Numbered from the stretch's first letter, positions 38,122-50,575 are shown. The stretch is 64,000 nt of DNA from Camelus dromedarius (GCF_036321535.1 NC_087437.1:76572001-76636000); one strand, 5' to 3'. The notes: a model not told the origin generated them from the sequence alone. Translations and numbers: made by a program.

Positions 38122-38418
38122 TTTTAATGTCTCCCTTTGTTTTTAATTGAAATATAGTCAGTTTACAATGTTATATCAATTTCTGGTGTACAGCATAAAG
38201 CTTCAGTCATACATATACATACATATATTCATTTTCATATTCTTTTCCACTATAGGCTACTATAAGATATTGAATATAGTTCCCTGTGCTATACAGAAGA
38301 AACTTACTGTTTATGTATTTTACATACAGTAGTATCTGCAAATCTCGAACTCCCAATTTATCCCTTCCCACTGTGTTTCCCTCTTGGTAACCACAAGTTT
38401 GTTGTCTATGTCTGTGAG
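38122..38418 (-). mobile_element. Short L1 3'-UTR insertion with perfect 18-bp TSD
   Basis: TTGATATCAGTAACTTTT at 38104-38121 and 38419-38436; body ATATAGTTCCCTGTGCTATACAG, TGGTAACCACAAGTTTG. Confidence 0.93.
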
Positions 38419-41400
38419 TTGATATCAGTAACTTTTGATTTTATTTAATAAAACATACTTTGGACATATGATGGCCTATGTACTTGCAACTTGTGGGAAT
38501 GAAGTGGAAAAGGATTTAAGACAGGAAATTTAACAGTCTCTCACAGTTCCTCAGTGAACATTGTCAGTGCCTTTTGAGAGCACCTGGCAGAAGCTGAGCA
38601 GAATGCCACATATTCAGAGGGGGGAACACCCTCTACCTTCAGGTGACTCCTGGGCACTGTATCCAGGTAGAATGAATGAGCAGCACCCCTATCAGGAAGT
38701 CCTTGCCACCCTACACAAGTCGTTGACTCTCTCTCATGGTGATACGACTCGTGGGCTTGAATCCTATCTTGTAAACTGAAAATATGTCTCCCTTGGGTTG
38801 ATCTATACTAAGTTTTCAAACTTATTGCCTAGAGCCTCAAATCAATTGAGAATTAGGGTCTTAGAATTTAGATAAATACAATTATGTAAATTGCAATGAG
38901 TTCTCCTTAGTGTTTTTGGCATATATAATATCATGGTGTATGCAACATTCTACAGCTGGCTTTTCCATTCAACATATATTCTGGAAATTAATTCATCTAA
39001 CTTCATAAAAATACATCTATTTTTTAAACTACTTATAATATTCTATAGTATGAATATATCAATATATTTAGCCATTAAACTGTATTCGGCTAGACTAAAA
39101 AAAAATACTGTGCACCAGGTAGTATTAGTAGGCAATATAAGGAAAACGAACATCCAATACAAGAATTGAATGCTTCTGCGTGTTGTTTACCTAAAAGATT
39201 ACATGGACTACAAAAAGTTTCATTTACTCATATGAATTACCTTCTCTTCAGACTTATTTTGAGAAATAAATTAATAGCTAAACAAATTTCTAGAAAAACC
39301 CTTTGTACCAAATTTTATTCCTGTTGTCAGTTCTCTACAACATTTTTCTTGTTGTTCTAAAAAATACGATCTCTCACTTTTTCAGTGCTTCCTCTGCATT
39401 CCGGTGAAATCACTTGGAAACTTGTATTCCAGTTATCTGTGATAGCTTATTATGGCACACAGTGTCCTTTGTATCCTCCAGAGTGCCTCGCTCTTAGGGC
39501 CTCTACAGGTGTTTTTTGGTTTGAATTTTGAATTATACTAGATTACTTATTCAATTCTGGTTATTAGGTGACGAGAGTATTCTTGAGATGCATTTGTACC
39601 GTTTTACTCTGGAGGGACAATTTTTAAAAACTGGTAAGTTGAGAGGTTAATAATGATTTAAGCACTTCCAAAAGTAGATCTATTTGTTATCCGTGCTTCC
39701 AAATGTCCCGTTCCACCTTATTCTGCCATTGTCTACATGAAATACAACAACAGAATAATTGCTCAATAGTTGAAGATCTTGAACTCAATTAACCAATTGC
39801 TGCAAAGTAGAAAAAGAAATTACCTGAGCCATACTTTCCATTATGAATTATTCATAGAAATGAGGTTCAACCTGTTTTACAATACAATGTTAATAAAACT
39901 TTTAAGAAGGCAATTAAAGACACATGTTTACTGTTAAGATAACTAGATTCAAATCTTTTATTCCTCAATTTGGCAAAAAAGGATAATATGGAGTTTAAAA
40001 TTTAAGTGTAACATTATCAGGTAGATACTTGCTTTTTTCCAGAAAAATTTTCCATTGCTGTGAAGTTTCCATATGGATAATTATAATTTTCAGGATCTCC
40101 CTGTGGCAAAACTAAAACTATTGGAGGTATATTTAGGTGTGTGCTTATACCTTTCTACCATAGTATATTTAATAGAAATTTAAATCTGCTTCATGTAGAG
40201 GGGCTCAAATCTACCATCTAAGATTCTTTGCTGTCCAAGTGAAGATCACAGTCAAGGTATAATGACATTGCTCAGAGTTCAGGAATTTCTAGGCAGAGAT
40301 AGAAGTAGGAAGTCAAAGTATCTGCCAAAAATTAATAAGCTATGATAGGATGAGAGGAGTCTCTTCCATTTTTTCACACTGCCTCACTGTCTGACTCTAA
40401 GCAGCTGTGGAAATGTCAGTCCCCTGTCACTTTAAGTGGCAAGTCTAGTACCAGCTGAGTGCACTGACCTATGAACTCTTTGCTTCCATCAGTTTTACTG
40501 TTGGCATCGTGGACCTGACCATCCTGGTTGGGAATGCTAGTGAGCTGCTCTTCTGAAATGTCAAAGATATGATTGACTGGAACTCTTGCATTTTATGACA
40601 ATAAGTTCCTTGACAGGACATCTAGGCTCTAGCTTGTCTATTTACACTACAGGGAAAAGGGAAATTACCTATGTTGTGTGTGCATTTTTAGCTTCCTAAG
40701 GCAGAATTCTGGAATTAGCATCCATTTTGTTGGAATCGCGAATGTGATAGCTTCACGTTATACAATATGCACTGTTACTATGGTGGTCACCATGACTTGG
40801 GGCATAAGTCATCAGTAGGAAGCAATGTTAGTATTATGTAAAAGGCTGAGGAAGAGGCGAAGGCTGTAGCATGTACAGAGCAGGTTATAAGAACCCAGGT
40901 TCTTCTAAGTTTGAATCTTAACATATTCTGAGCTTCCTCAATTCAGTCTTCTTTTGTTACTGCATTCTTTTATAAATTACAGGCAATGGACGGCAGGCAG
41001 TGTCTTCTCACTCTTCAGTGTGTAACTGCTGGTTTGTGGGTCTTTGGCCACACTGAATGTATTCAGAACTTTTGCTCTTGCTGTTGACTGCAGTAACTAT
41101 TCAGATAATCGCAGTTACTATCTCTATATGATTCCTTCTGGGATTAAAAAAATAGTATGTGAGTGTAATTCTGGAGAAAACTGTCTTTAGATTTTATTAT
41201 CAATTTTCTACACACAGTTATGCAAATCTAGAATTTCATAAATGTCACTTAATACTAATGATTTGGAGTATGGTGAGAAGTTTTAGTTTTTTTAAATGGA
41301 CTGAAAAAATACACAGAATTTCACATTGTGGAAAATACAGTACTAATGAAGTACCTAACTGGGAGGCTGATCTTTTCTGAGAGAAAGAAAGTTAACTTTT

Positions 41401-42609
41401 TGTTTCTGTCTGCTTAAGGAGGACGTTAACATCCCTTCATTTCTTCCTCAAGCCTTTGTCAAGATGGAGATGCTATCATGTCACATGTCTCAGGGCGAGA
41501 AAGCAGTGTAGAAGAATTGCAGCTTTTTGTTATCCCAGTGATATGAAACACCAATTTCCTGGGATGCAGTATAAGTTCAGAGAAAATAGAATTTCCTAGC
41601 ATGTCAATTTGGACATTCTGTGAGTGTCCAGCAAAGAAGGCTGTGAATTGCTCCTGTCATTATGACTGACATAAGCTCTTAAAACTGTTGAAAGCTTGCG
41701 ATTCTCTTTACTGGCTTTCAAACAAATTATTGACATTTATTATTATGCACTAACTTTCTTGTTAAAGCAATAACAAAATAAATGGCCAGATATAAATTTT
41801 AAAATAAAAGCCTATACTTAAAATTAAAACTCTGAAGGATCTATATTTATTGTCATTCGGTGGCCATTTGATTGTATCAGGATGTTGCACTTGAATTCAG
41901 TTTCAAACAAGTTTTAAAATCTGAGGTGACTTTATGAGATGCCCACACACTTGAACTGGATTGGGCTAAATAACACTTTGTTATTATATAAGCCCTCTGG
42001 AAAAATGGCATCTGACTTATGCTTTTACTCTGTGGCCAGTATATTTTGAACTATGTTGTAAACTGTACCTTACCAAATTGTGTCTGTGCCAGTATACTGT
42101 AAAATTGTGGGTATTCCAATAAAGTTAACCTAATTTGTCATATTTTTATAAGCCAGGATCTCAGATAATAACACTCGTTTATTTTAGTGTTTAATCCTAA
42201 TTCTGCCTTTTGATTAAAGGCTTATTTAGTCCACTAAAATGGGATTTGATTTATGTTCCAATTAACCTTCTGCTCCCTTTGTGCTATTTAAGTGCATAGT
42301 ATTACTGCACCTTGATGGAGTGCAATTTAATCCTTTATTTTTTTCATTGAAACCAACTATATTTATTAAGCTACTTTGAATCTCCCAACTCCAGCTATAC
42401 TCCTGGGATGACTAAACTAATCATTATAAGACTGAAATAAATGGTTCCATATGCAAAATTCTTGAAACTTATTTCCTTATACTATTTTTGGCAATATGAA
42501 TAAGCATTTTTGATAATAGTGAGTATTAGTCACCTTTTTGTAAACTTGGGTGAACTTCATACGACTCTAGCTTTGGTCAACACCGCCTATTCTGCAAAAT
42601 TTAATAGTA

Positions 42610-43110
42610 TTTTATATTTAATTTAATTCAGCAGGCACTTGAGGCAATTATGGTATAAAGTTGAATAGCATTGCCTGACTCTGAAGAACTGAGTAACTAG
42701 CAGGGAAGACAAGCACAAGAAGAGTTAGCATGTTGCACCGTATGCTCTGATGGAGTAGTGTGTACAAAGTAGGGCACAACACCGAGAATGGAGCATCTGA
42801 GGTGGGATCACAAGGGAAGGCTTTCCAGGAGAGGTGGGGCATTTGAATGAGGTCTAAGTAAGAGTACATCAGGTGGACAAAAGGTTGGGGATGCAACATC
42901 CAGGCTGAGAGGTTAGCATAAGCAAAGACCCAACCAATGAAAGTGGATTGTGGATTTGGAAAGTTTGAGTTGTCAGGAGTGAATGGTTCATGTTGTGTGT
43001 ATGGAGAGAGGAGATGGCATAGAAAGTTGGGAACAGGAGGCGTAGGAGATTAGGATATAAAGAGTTAAATAGCTACAGGATATTTTGATGCAGGTTAAAG
43101 TGCTAATATG
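42610..43110 (-). mobile_element. L2 3' region (antisense)
   Basis: ATTTAATTCAGCAGGCACTTGAG..AGGGAAGGCTTTCCAGGAGAGGTGGGGCATTTGA..AGCAAAGACCCA. Confidence 0.6.
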
Positions 43111-43751
43111 TTTTACTTTAAATTATTTTTAGAAGTGTCAAGTAATGTGCACAAGACACTCTTCTTCCACCTCTGACATTTGGGCTGTCAGCCATTCCCT
43201 AAACTACCTGGGGGTAGGTTGAATGCCAGGGTTGTAAAGTGCTATGAGAGATGGGATAGAAATCCAGACTGGGTACAGGTTAAGGAAGATTATTTTTCAT
43301 ACTAGCTGGCTTCTTTAGACATCTGGAACTACAAAAATAGTCAAAGATGAGTCAGCAGAATTGCCATAAGTTTACCCCTCTTCTCATAGGGCTCAAAGGT
43401 GAACCCATACACTGTGACTAAGACCATGCCTCACCAAAGACTTTTCAAGAGAAAGTTCCAGAGATCCAACTCTCCCTGACTCTAAACTCAAGTCATCATC
43501 AACACAATTGACCTTGCATCCACCAGGTCAGACTTTATTTCTTCTATCCCAGAGTTGTCAGACACTAAGGGGAGCCTTACATTACCAGTCATCCTTTAGC
43601 TCCAGTATTCCCCTTAAAGCTTTGTAGAACCTTATGCTTCCTTTTCCCACCTATCTCCAACTCCTGAAATATTTCTGTTGTGCTTTGTAAAACTCCTTGT
43701 CCAGCATCAGCAAATATTCTGTATGTGACTACTTTCTTACTGAAACATTTA

Positions 43752-43887
43752 TTTTATTTTTAATTGAAGTATATATAGTCATTTACAATGTGTCAATTTC
43801 TGCTGTACAGCATAATGTCCCAGTCATGCATATATATACATATATTTGTTATCATATTCTTTTTCATTAAAGGTTATTACAAGATAT
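43752..43887 (-). mobile_element. Very short L1 3'-end insertion with 11-bp TSD
   Basis: TGAAACATTTA at 43741-43751 and 43888-43898; body TTAATTGAAGTAT..TTTACAATGTGTCAATTTCTGCTGTACAGCA..GGTTATTACAAGATATTG. Confidence 0.88.
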
Positions 43888-44180
43888 TGAAACATTTAAA
43901 TCACATTTTTGGATCTCATGGAAGCCTGTTCATTCATATACGCTAACACCCTCTCCCTCCTCCTCACCCCCCACCAAGATGCTGCTTCCCCTTTAGCCCT
44001 TTCAACTATTGATCATTTTTCTCTCACAGATATTATACTCTTGGACCTGAGGAGGAATTTTAAGTCATCTGATCACCCACTTTCTATTGTTTTTAGGTTT
44101 TTTTATGGTCAGGGAGATAATTAGGTTTATGTATTTTTTTTCTTTTTTTTTAAGCACACGTGTTTCTTGTTTGTATTCTG

Positions 44181-44297
44181 AGGGAGAGGTAATTAGGTTT
44201 CTTCATTGATTTCCACTTGGAGGAGGTACCGGGGATTGAACCCGGGACCTCTTGCATGCTGAGCATGCGCTGTACCAGTTGAGCTATGCCCTTCCCC
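44181..44297 (-). mobile_element. Camelid tRNA-derived SINE (vic-1-like), copy 1
   Basis: Minus strand GGGGAAGGGCATAGCTCAACTGGTACAGCGCATGCTCAGCATGCAAGAGGTCCCGGGTTCAATCCCCGGTACCTCC (A and B boxes), then ..AAACCTAATTACCTCTCCC. Confidence 0.88.
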
Positions 44298-44319
44298 CTC
44301 TTTATGTATTTTTAATTAA

Positions 44320-44418
44320 TTTTTTTTTATTTTATTTTTTAGTGGAGGTACTGGGGATTGAACCCAGGACCTTCTGTATGCTAAGCACGCAGTCTACTGC
44401 TGAGTTATACCTGCCCCA
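44320..44418 (-). mobile_element. Camelid tRNA-derived SINE, copy 2 (short form)
   Basis: Minus strand GGGGCAGGTATAACTCAGCAGTAGACTGCGTGCTTAGCATACAGAAGGTCCTGGGTTCAATCCCCAGTACCTCC plus A-rich tail. Confidence 0.85.
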
Positions 44419-44477
44419 CCTCTTTTTAGCAACTATCTTATTTGTTTTTTTTTTTAATCAAAAGAAGTTTTTAAAAA

Positions 44478-44650
44478 ATTTTTTCTCCTTCTTCTTCTTC
44501 TTCTTCTTCTTTTTTTTTTTTGTGGTGGGGAGGTAATTAGGTTTATTTATTTGTTTGCTTGTTTTTTTCTTTAATGGAGGTACTGGGGATTGAAACCAGA
44601 ACTTCATGCATGCTAAGCATGTGCTCTACCACTTGAGCTATACCCTCCCC
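44478..44650 (-). mobile_element. Camelid tRNA-derived SINE, copy 3, with A/(AAG)n tail
   Basis: Minus strand GGGGAGGGTATAGCTCAAGTGGTAGAGCACATGCTTAGCATGCATGAAGTTCTGGTTTCAATCCCCAGTACCTCC..AAATAAATAAACCTAATTACCTCCCC. Confidence 0.9.
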
Positions 44651-44659
44651 ACTAAGTTG

Positions 44660-46690
44660 AGAATGGATGCTATATTTCATCAGATGCTTTCTTTCTGTCT
44701 ATTAAGATGATCATATGATTTTTCCATTTGAGTTTGTTGCTATGATGATGCATATTGAGTGACTTTTGAATGATTAAATCAACCTTTCAGTCTTGTGATA
44801 AATCTCATTTGGTTATATTACTCTTTTTATATGTTGTTGGATTTAATTTACTAAAACTGTGTTAAGAATTACTTTATCTGTTTTTATGAGAGATATTGGT
44901 TTGTCATTTTCTTTTCTAGTAATGTCTATGTTTTGGTATTAATATAAGGCTGGCCTCATAGAATGAGTTGGGAAATATTGCCTGTCTTTCAATTTTATGG
45001 AATATTCATATAAAAGTCATATTATTTCTTTCTTAAATATTTGATAGAATTCATCAATGAAGCTATCTGGTCCTGTACTATTCTTTGGGGGTAGGTTTTT
45101 GACAACAAATGCTGTTTCTTTATTAGATATAGGACTATTCAGACAATATTTATTTCTTTTTAAGTGAGATTTAGTAGTCTTTCAAGGAAATTTCATTTAA
45201 TCCAAATTTATGAGTTTATTGGCAAATATTTTTTGTATTATTTCCATATTATGCTTGTAACAATAAAATTTGTGGTTTGTTACTTTGCCATTCCTGATAC
45301 TGGTCATTTGTTTCTTCTTTCTTTTCCTTAATCAGTATAACTGGAGATCTATTAATTTTATTGATCCCAAAGAATCAATTTTTTGTTTCATTGATATTAT
45401 CTATTATGTTTCTGTTTTCTACTTTTTAAAATTTATTTTTATTGAAATAGAGTTGATTTACAGTGCTGTGTTAGTTTCAGGTGTACAGCAAAGTGATTCA
45501 GTTATGCATATACTTAATATATATATTTTTTCAGATTCTTTTCCACTATAGGTTATTACAAGATTTTGAATATAGTTACCTGTGCTATACAGTAGGCCTT
45601 TGTTGTTTATCTATTTTATATATAGTAGTATGTGTATGTTAATTCCAAAGTCCTAATCTATCCCTTCCCCTTTTACCCCCTTTTGTTATCTACTTTATTG
45701 ATTTGTTCTCTGATTTTCATTATTTCCTTTCTGTTGGTTGCTTTGGGTTCATTGTGCTCCTTGTTTTCTAGGTTCCTAGGTGGAAGCTGAGGTCACTGAT
45801 TTGAGATTTTTCTTCCTAATTTGGGCATTTAGGGCATTCTTTCCCTGTAAACACTGCTTTAGTGCCATCCCACAAATATTTATATGTTGTGTTTTCATTC
45901 ATTTTAGAATACTTTCTAATCTTCCTTTTTATTTCTGCTTTGATCCTAGGATCATTTAGAACTATGTTTTCAGTTTCCAAGTATTTAGGATACTTCCAGA
46001 TATCTTTGTGTAATTAATCGCTGATTTAATTCCATTGCAATCAGAGAACATAACTTGTATCAATAAAATTCTCTTTGAGATTCAATTTGTGGCCCAGAAT
46101 TTGGTCTACTCTGGTAAACAGACCATATACCTTGTGAAGAATGTTCATTCTTGTATTCTACTGTTGTAAGATGGAGTGTTCTCTGAATGTAAATTGGGTC
46201 AAATTGATGAGTAGTGTTATTCAAGTCTACTGTGTCTTTACTGATTCTGAGTCTTTTTGTTCTATCAGTCATTACAGGGGCATTGGATTTTCTGGTTGTA
46301 ATTGTGGATTTATCTATTTTTTCCTCACAGTTCTATCAATATTTGCTTTAGAATTTTAAAACTTTGTTATTATGGCACAAAACTTAGGACCTTTAGGTCC
46401 TATTGATGACTATTGATGAATGGACCCAATTATCATTACAAAATGACCTACTTTAACTCAGGTAATATTCTGTACTTTGAAATCTGGTTTTTCTAATAAT
46501 GCTATAGCTACTTCTTAGTGTTTGCATGAATTTTTTCTTTCTATCCTTTTAGTTTTAAGCTATTTGTTTCTTTATACTTAAGGTAGGTTTCTTGTAGGCA
46601 CCATGTAGTTGGGTCTTTTTTCCTTATCCAGTCTGAAAACATCTGCTTTTTATTAGGGTGTTTAGATCATTTATATTTAATGTAAAGTCC
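44660..46690 (-). mobile_element. Old L1 ORF2 fragment (endonuclease through start of RT), degenerate
   Basis: Peptide RLRISKDTVDLNNTTHQFDPIYIQRTLHLTTVEY matches L1 EN RQKINKETxDLNNTIDQLDLxDIYRTLHPxxxEY; T-rich on + strand. Confidence 0.88.
45427..45684 (-). mobile_element. Cetartiodactyl L1 3' UTR nested in the older L1
   Basis: CAGGTGTACAGCAAAGTGATTCAGTTAT..TTACCTGTGCTATACAGTAGG; TSD GTTTTCTACTTT (45414) / GTTATCTACTTT (45685). Confidence 0.88.
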
Positions 46691-46699
46691 ACACCCACA

Positions 46700-47645
46700 A
46701 TTTTCTAAACCTGCAGTCTTCCCTTAACATTTAATAACAACTCCATTTTTCTTTTTCCAGGCCAAAACAACAACAAAAAAATGAGAACATAAAAAGTCTT
46801 GGAATTACACTTGATTCTTCTTTTTCTCTCATAATCCTTATCCAATCTGTTGGGACATTTTATTAGTTCTACCTTAAAACTATATTCAGGATCTGACCAA
46901 TTTTCATCATTTTCACTAATGCCACCTTGTTCTGAGCCACCATCATCTTTTACTTGGATTAATGCAATAGCTACTTGACTTTGTTTCCTGCTTCTTCCCT
47001 TTCCTTCTTCTCAAGACAGCAGCTAGAGTGTTGCCTTTAAAGTATAAATCAGATCATGTCATTCTGCTCAAAACTCTGCAATTGTTTCCTATTTCACTTA
47101 CAATAAAGGCTAACATCCTTCTAATATTAACCAAGGTCCCAAATAATCTGTTCCCTCATGCTCTCTGTCATCACCTTATACTACTATTTTCTTCACTTCC
47201 TCTGTTCTGTCCATACCAGTCTCCTTGTTATTCCTTGGACATGATGTACCCTTTCTCCCCTTAGAGCCTTTGAACTGGCAGTTCCTTTTGCTGGGAACAC
47301 CCTTCTTCTGATATCCTCCTCAGCACCTCTAAGTCTTTGCTCATATCTTGCATTCTCAATGAAGTCCATCTTAATAACCATGTTGAAAATTTCAAACTGC
47401 CCCACTTCTCAAACCCAGCATACTTGATTCTCTGACCTCTTCAACTTCCTTTTTTATTATTCTTATTAAAATATATCAGTTTCCTTCTTATGAGTTTATT
47501 GTCTTGTCTCTCTCACTTCACTAAGACTTAAACTCCACAGGACAGGGATCTTTGTCTATTTTGTTCATTGATACATTCTAAGCAACTGTAAGAGTACTTG
47601 GTTCATAGCATGCACCTAAGGATGATTAGTTGAACTAAATAAATA
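46700..47645 (+). mobile_element. L2 3' region (L2a-like)
   Basis: GAGCCACCATCATCT..AAATCAGATCATGTCATTCTGCTCAAAACTC..GAGCCTTTGAACTGGC..CTCCACAGGACAGGGATCTTTGTCTATTTTGTTCATTG. Confidence 0.85.
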
Positions 47646-48516
47646 AAAATGTTTTTTATATTTTTATGTGGCCATTTTGCTTTGGGAATGTTAGAATAAT
47701 CGTACCAAAAGAGCTGACTCAAAATCCACTTACTGCCACCACTGCTAATAGGCTATATCTGTTGTCCTATTTCAGACATGGGTTGTAGATACTTGGCTGC
47801 AGAATTTGTGTCTTATGCTGGAGTTAATAGGGATACATACATTTTTTAGCAGTTATACTATAAGACATGTTTTAGAAAAATGAATGGTAACCATGTGAAG
47901 GAGGAGTTTGGATGAGAAAGTACTGCTAGCAGAAAAAAAACACTTGAAAGAGACTATCGTGTATCTCTGTTCCAGGAGTACTGAGTTACTTGAATATCTG
48001 TCAGTGTGCCTTGATCTTTAGCATCTCATTACCTTGCACATGCTATTTCCTGTCGTAGACATGTTCTTCAAAACTGTAAATCTGCATCTAACTCCTTCAA
48101 GGAAAATCAGGGCTTTTTTCCTCCAAGGTTCTATAGTATTTATCATGCTGTATCCAATTATTTGTGCATTTGTCTTCACAACTATACTTTGATATCTTCT
48201 TTTTTTTTCCCCTTTAATTTTTGTGAGCCTAATAACAAGCATGTTATATGGTACAGTATAGTGAAGCGGTCAATAAATTATTTTGAGATTATTGAACAAG
48301 ATGATGAGAATGTGAGTAGCACTGGCAATGAGGATGGGGGAGTGTGTGTGTATGTGTGTGTGTTAATGTCTGTGAGCATGTGTGTATGGCAGAGATGGTT
48401 AATCAGCTGGATATGAATCATGAAAGAGATAGAGAAATCAAGGATGCCATTTAGATTTTAGCCTTGTCCTTTGGATAAATATTTGATTTACCAGGATCAC
48501 TAGGTACTGTGGTAGA

Positions 48517-48548
48517 CAAAACAAAACAAAACAAAACAAAACAAAAAA
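48517..48548. repeat. (CAAAA)n microsatellite
   Basis: Read directly. Confidence 0.9.
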
Positions 48549-50324
48549 CTATCTGTATACTTCTTTGGAGACATTCAGTAAATATCCCTGAAATGTGTTA
48601 CGTGACTTCTAACTTATAAAGGAAAATATGAAGAGTCCAAGTCTGATTCAATTGTGTTGGAAAAAAGTGCTTTTTCCAGTATTGGGTTTTCCTTAATTGA
48701 GCCCAATATTATACATCCATTGACAGTGTAGCCACATTTACAATCATTAATGTCTTTAAAAATGTCTGGCTGTATTGGTAAGCTTTTGTATAAAGAATTC
48801 TAAAGCAGCAATGTGATATCTTGGGTGCTAGCATATATTTGAATGAGTCACATGTGGTTCTAAAGATGCTGACTGAGAATAATTGATCTGGAGGAAATCT
48901 AGAAGTCAGTTCAATTTGGTGAATGCTAGTCTGGGACATAGAGAGTCCAGTTCAGAGTAAGGATGTAAAATTAAGTAAGAGGGGGCATTCTCCTCAATGG
49001 TAATCTTGTTTATTGTAGGATGGATAAAAGGGAGCCCTCAATCACAGATAAAGTTTCTGCCTTGAATTGAATCTATCAGACTCTAGATCCACTGTGAAAT
49101 TCTAGAATATCCTCAAATATGAAATAAAGGACAAATATATTCAGATTTATTAATTTTATTTGTCATCATTAGCTGTCTTGAGTGTGTCAGTGAGAGAAGA
49201 TTTTGAACTGAAACAGATTATCATAAGTCTTTATTGATTTAAATATGTGGCATATATGAATTAATATCATATTAATATCATCAATCTGAGGAATTATGGG
49301 TAGAGTGTGCTGGCTTCTGTTACAAGGTATATGACTTGAAATTAGGCATTTGGAGATATTTTCCACAATTGTATTATATGGAAATAGGGATAACAATATT
49401 CTTATATTACTGTTATGAAGATAAAAAAAAATGCAGAAAGAAGAAAGAGTGCTCTCTCCATATATGTAGGGACAGGAACACTTCTGTTCTTCTCTATTTT
49501 TCCAGTACCAGGAAGCTTCCTTTTCTGCTTCTCTCTCCCTGTATCCACCCCCATGAGAGAAAAGTGTTCAGTGAGTCGTATTTTACAAGTGGGCAGATCA
49601 CTGTGTTAAAAATCTGGGAGTTACATTTTATTCTCTTCTATATAGTTGGGCAGAATGGTAGATTCAGTCATTCTTGTCTTTTGCTCTCTTTTATTTTCAC
49701 CACCCCTGTGAATATGAGGGAGGGGATAACTGAGCCAGGGCTCATTCCATAAATCCAGCTGACTCTTTTGATTCCGTTTCTCTACAAGCATATAGATTCC
49801 AATTAGTTGAATTATTGTCCAGTTGTTGGAGGGGTATTCAGAGAAGTTTATTTTTCGTCGTATGAGTATGACTTTACACGAAGAAGATACTCATGAATAT
49901 GCACAAAATGCAGGCATGCTTTTAGTCCTTTCTAGACATAATGTGAGAGAAGGGGAAGGATTTCCTCACCAAAGATGAGAGCAGAGTGTTCTATCTGCCA
50001 TCTTTCTAGGCAGTGTGTCTGATGTCAGAGAATAGGGATGTTGTTGTTTCAATGGCCTGGGCGTTCCTTCCCAAGGAAGATGGAAAAGGGGGCAGCACTG
50101 TTGTCATTGGTCTTAACAGATACATCATACCTACCCTATTGCCTTAGGCAGCCCTGAGGATAGTGGTGTTTGCAGTGGGTAGGAGGGTCAGTTCCAAAAG
50201 TGTTACCTCCTACCTAGACTGAGATTTAGTTTCTTAGGTTGGACATCAGCAGTTTAGCTGTTTAGTTCAGCTCTTACAAGAAAATTCTGGATTGAATTAT
50301 TGAGCCCTTATCTTGTTCCAGGAG

Positions 50325-50575
50325 GCAATGTGGGGGGATGTTTAGAACAAAGGCTCTGGATTCAAATCCTGGTTCAGATCTGAGGTTTGCTACCTAATAG
50401 CTATTTGAGTTAGTCTCTCTTTGATTCTCTTGGACTCAATTTTCTCTTATGAAAAATGGAGATAAGAATGGAACCTTTCTTGTAAGTTTGCTTTGAGGAT
50501 CCTATAAGTTAATTCACATAAAATGCTTAGAATGAGTCTTGACACATAGTAGGGGGTTAAAAATTTTGGTTGTTA
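50325..50575 (+). mobile_element. MIR SINE; the ERV appears inserted in its tail
   Basis: GGCTCTGGATTCAAATCCTGGTTCAGATC..CTCAATTTTCTCTTATGAAAAATGGAGATAA..TAAAATGCTTAGAATGAGTCTTGACACATAGTAG. Confidence 0.75.

Noticed and set aside
44220..44650. tRNA-Ala-like genes
   Set aside because: Mutated stems, SINE-specific 3' extension and A-rich tails show they are SINE heads rather than tRNA genes
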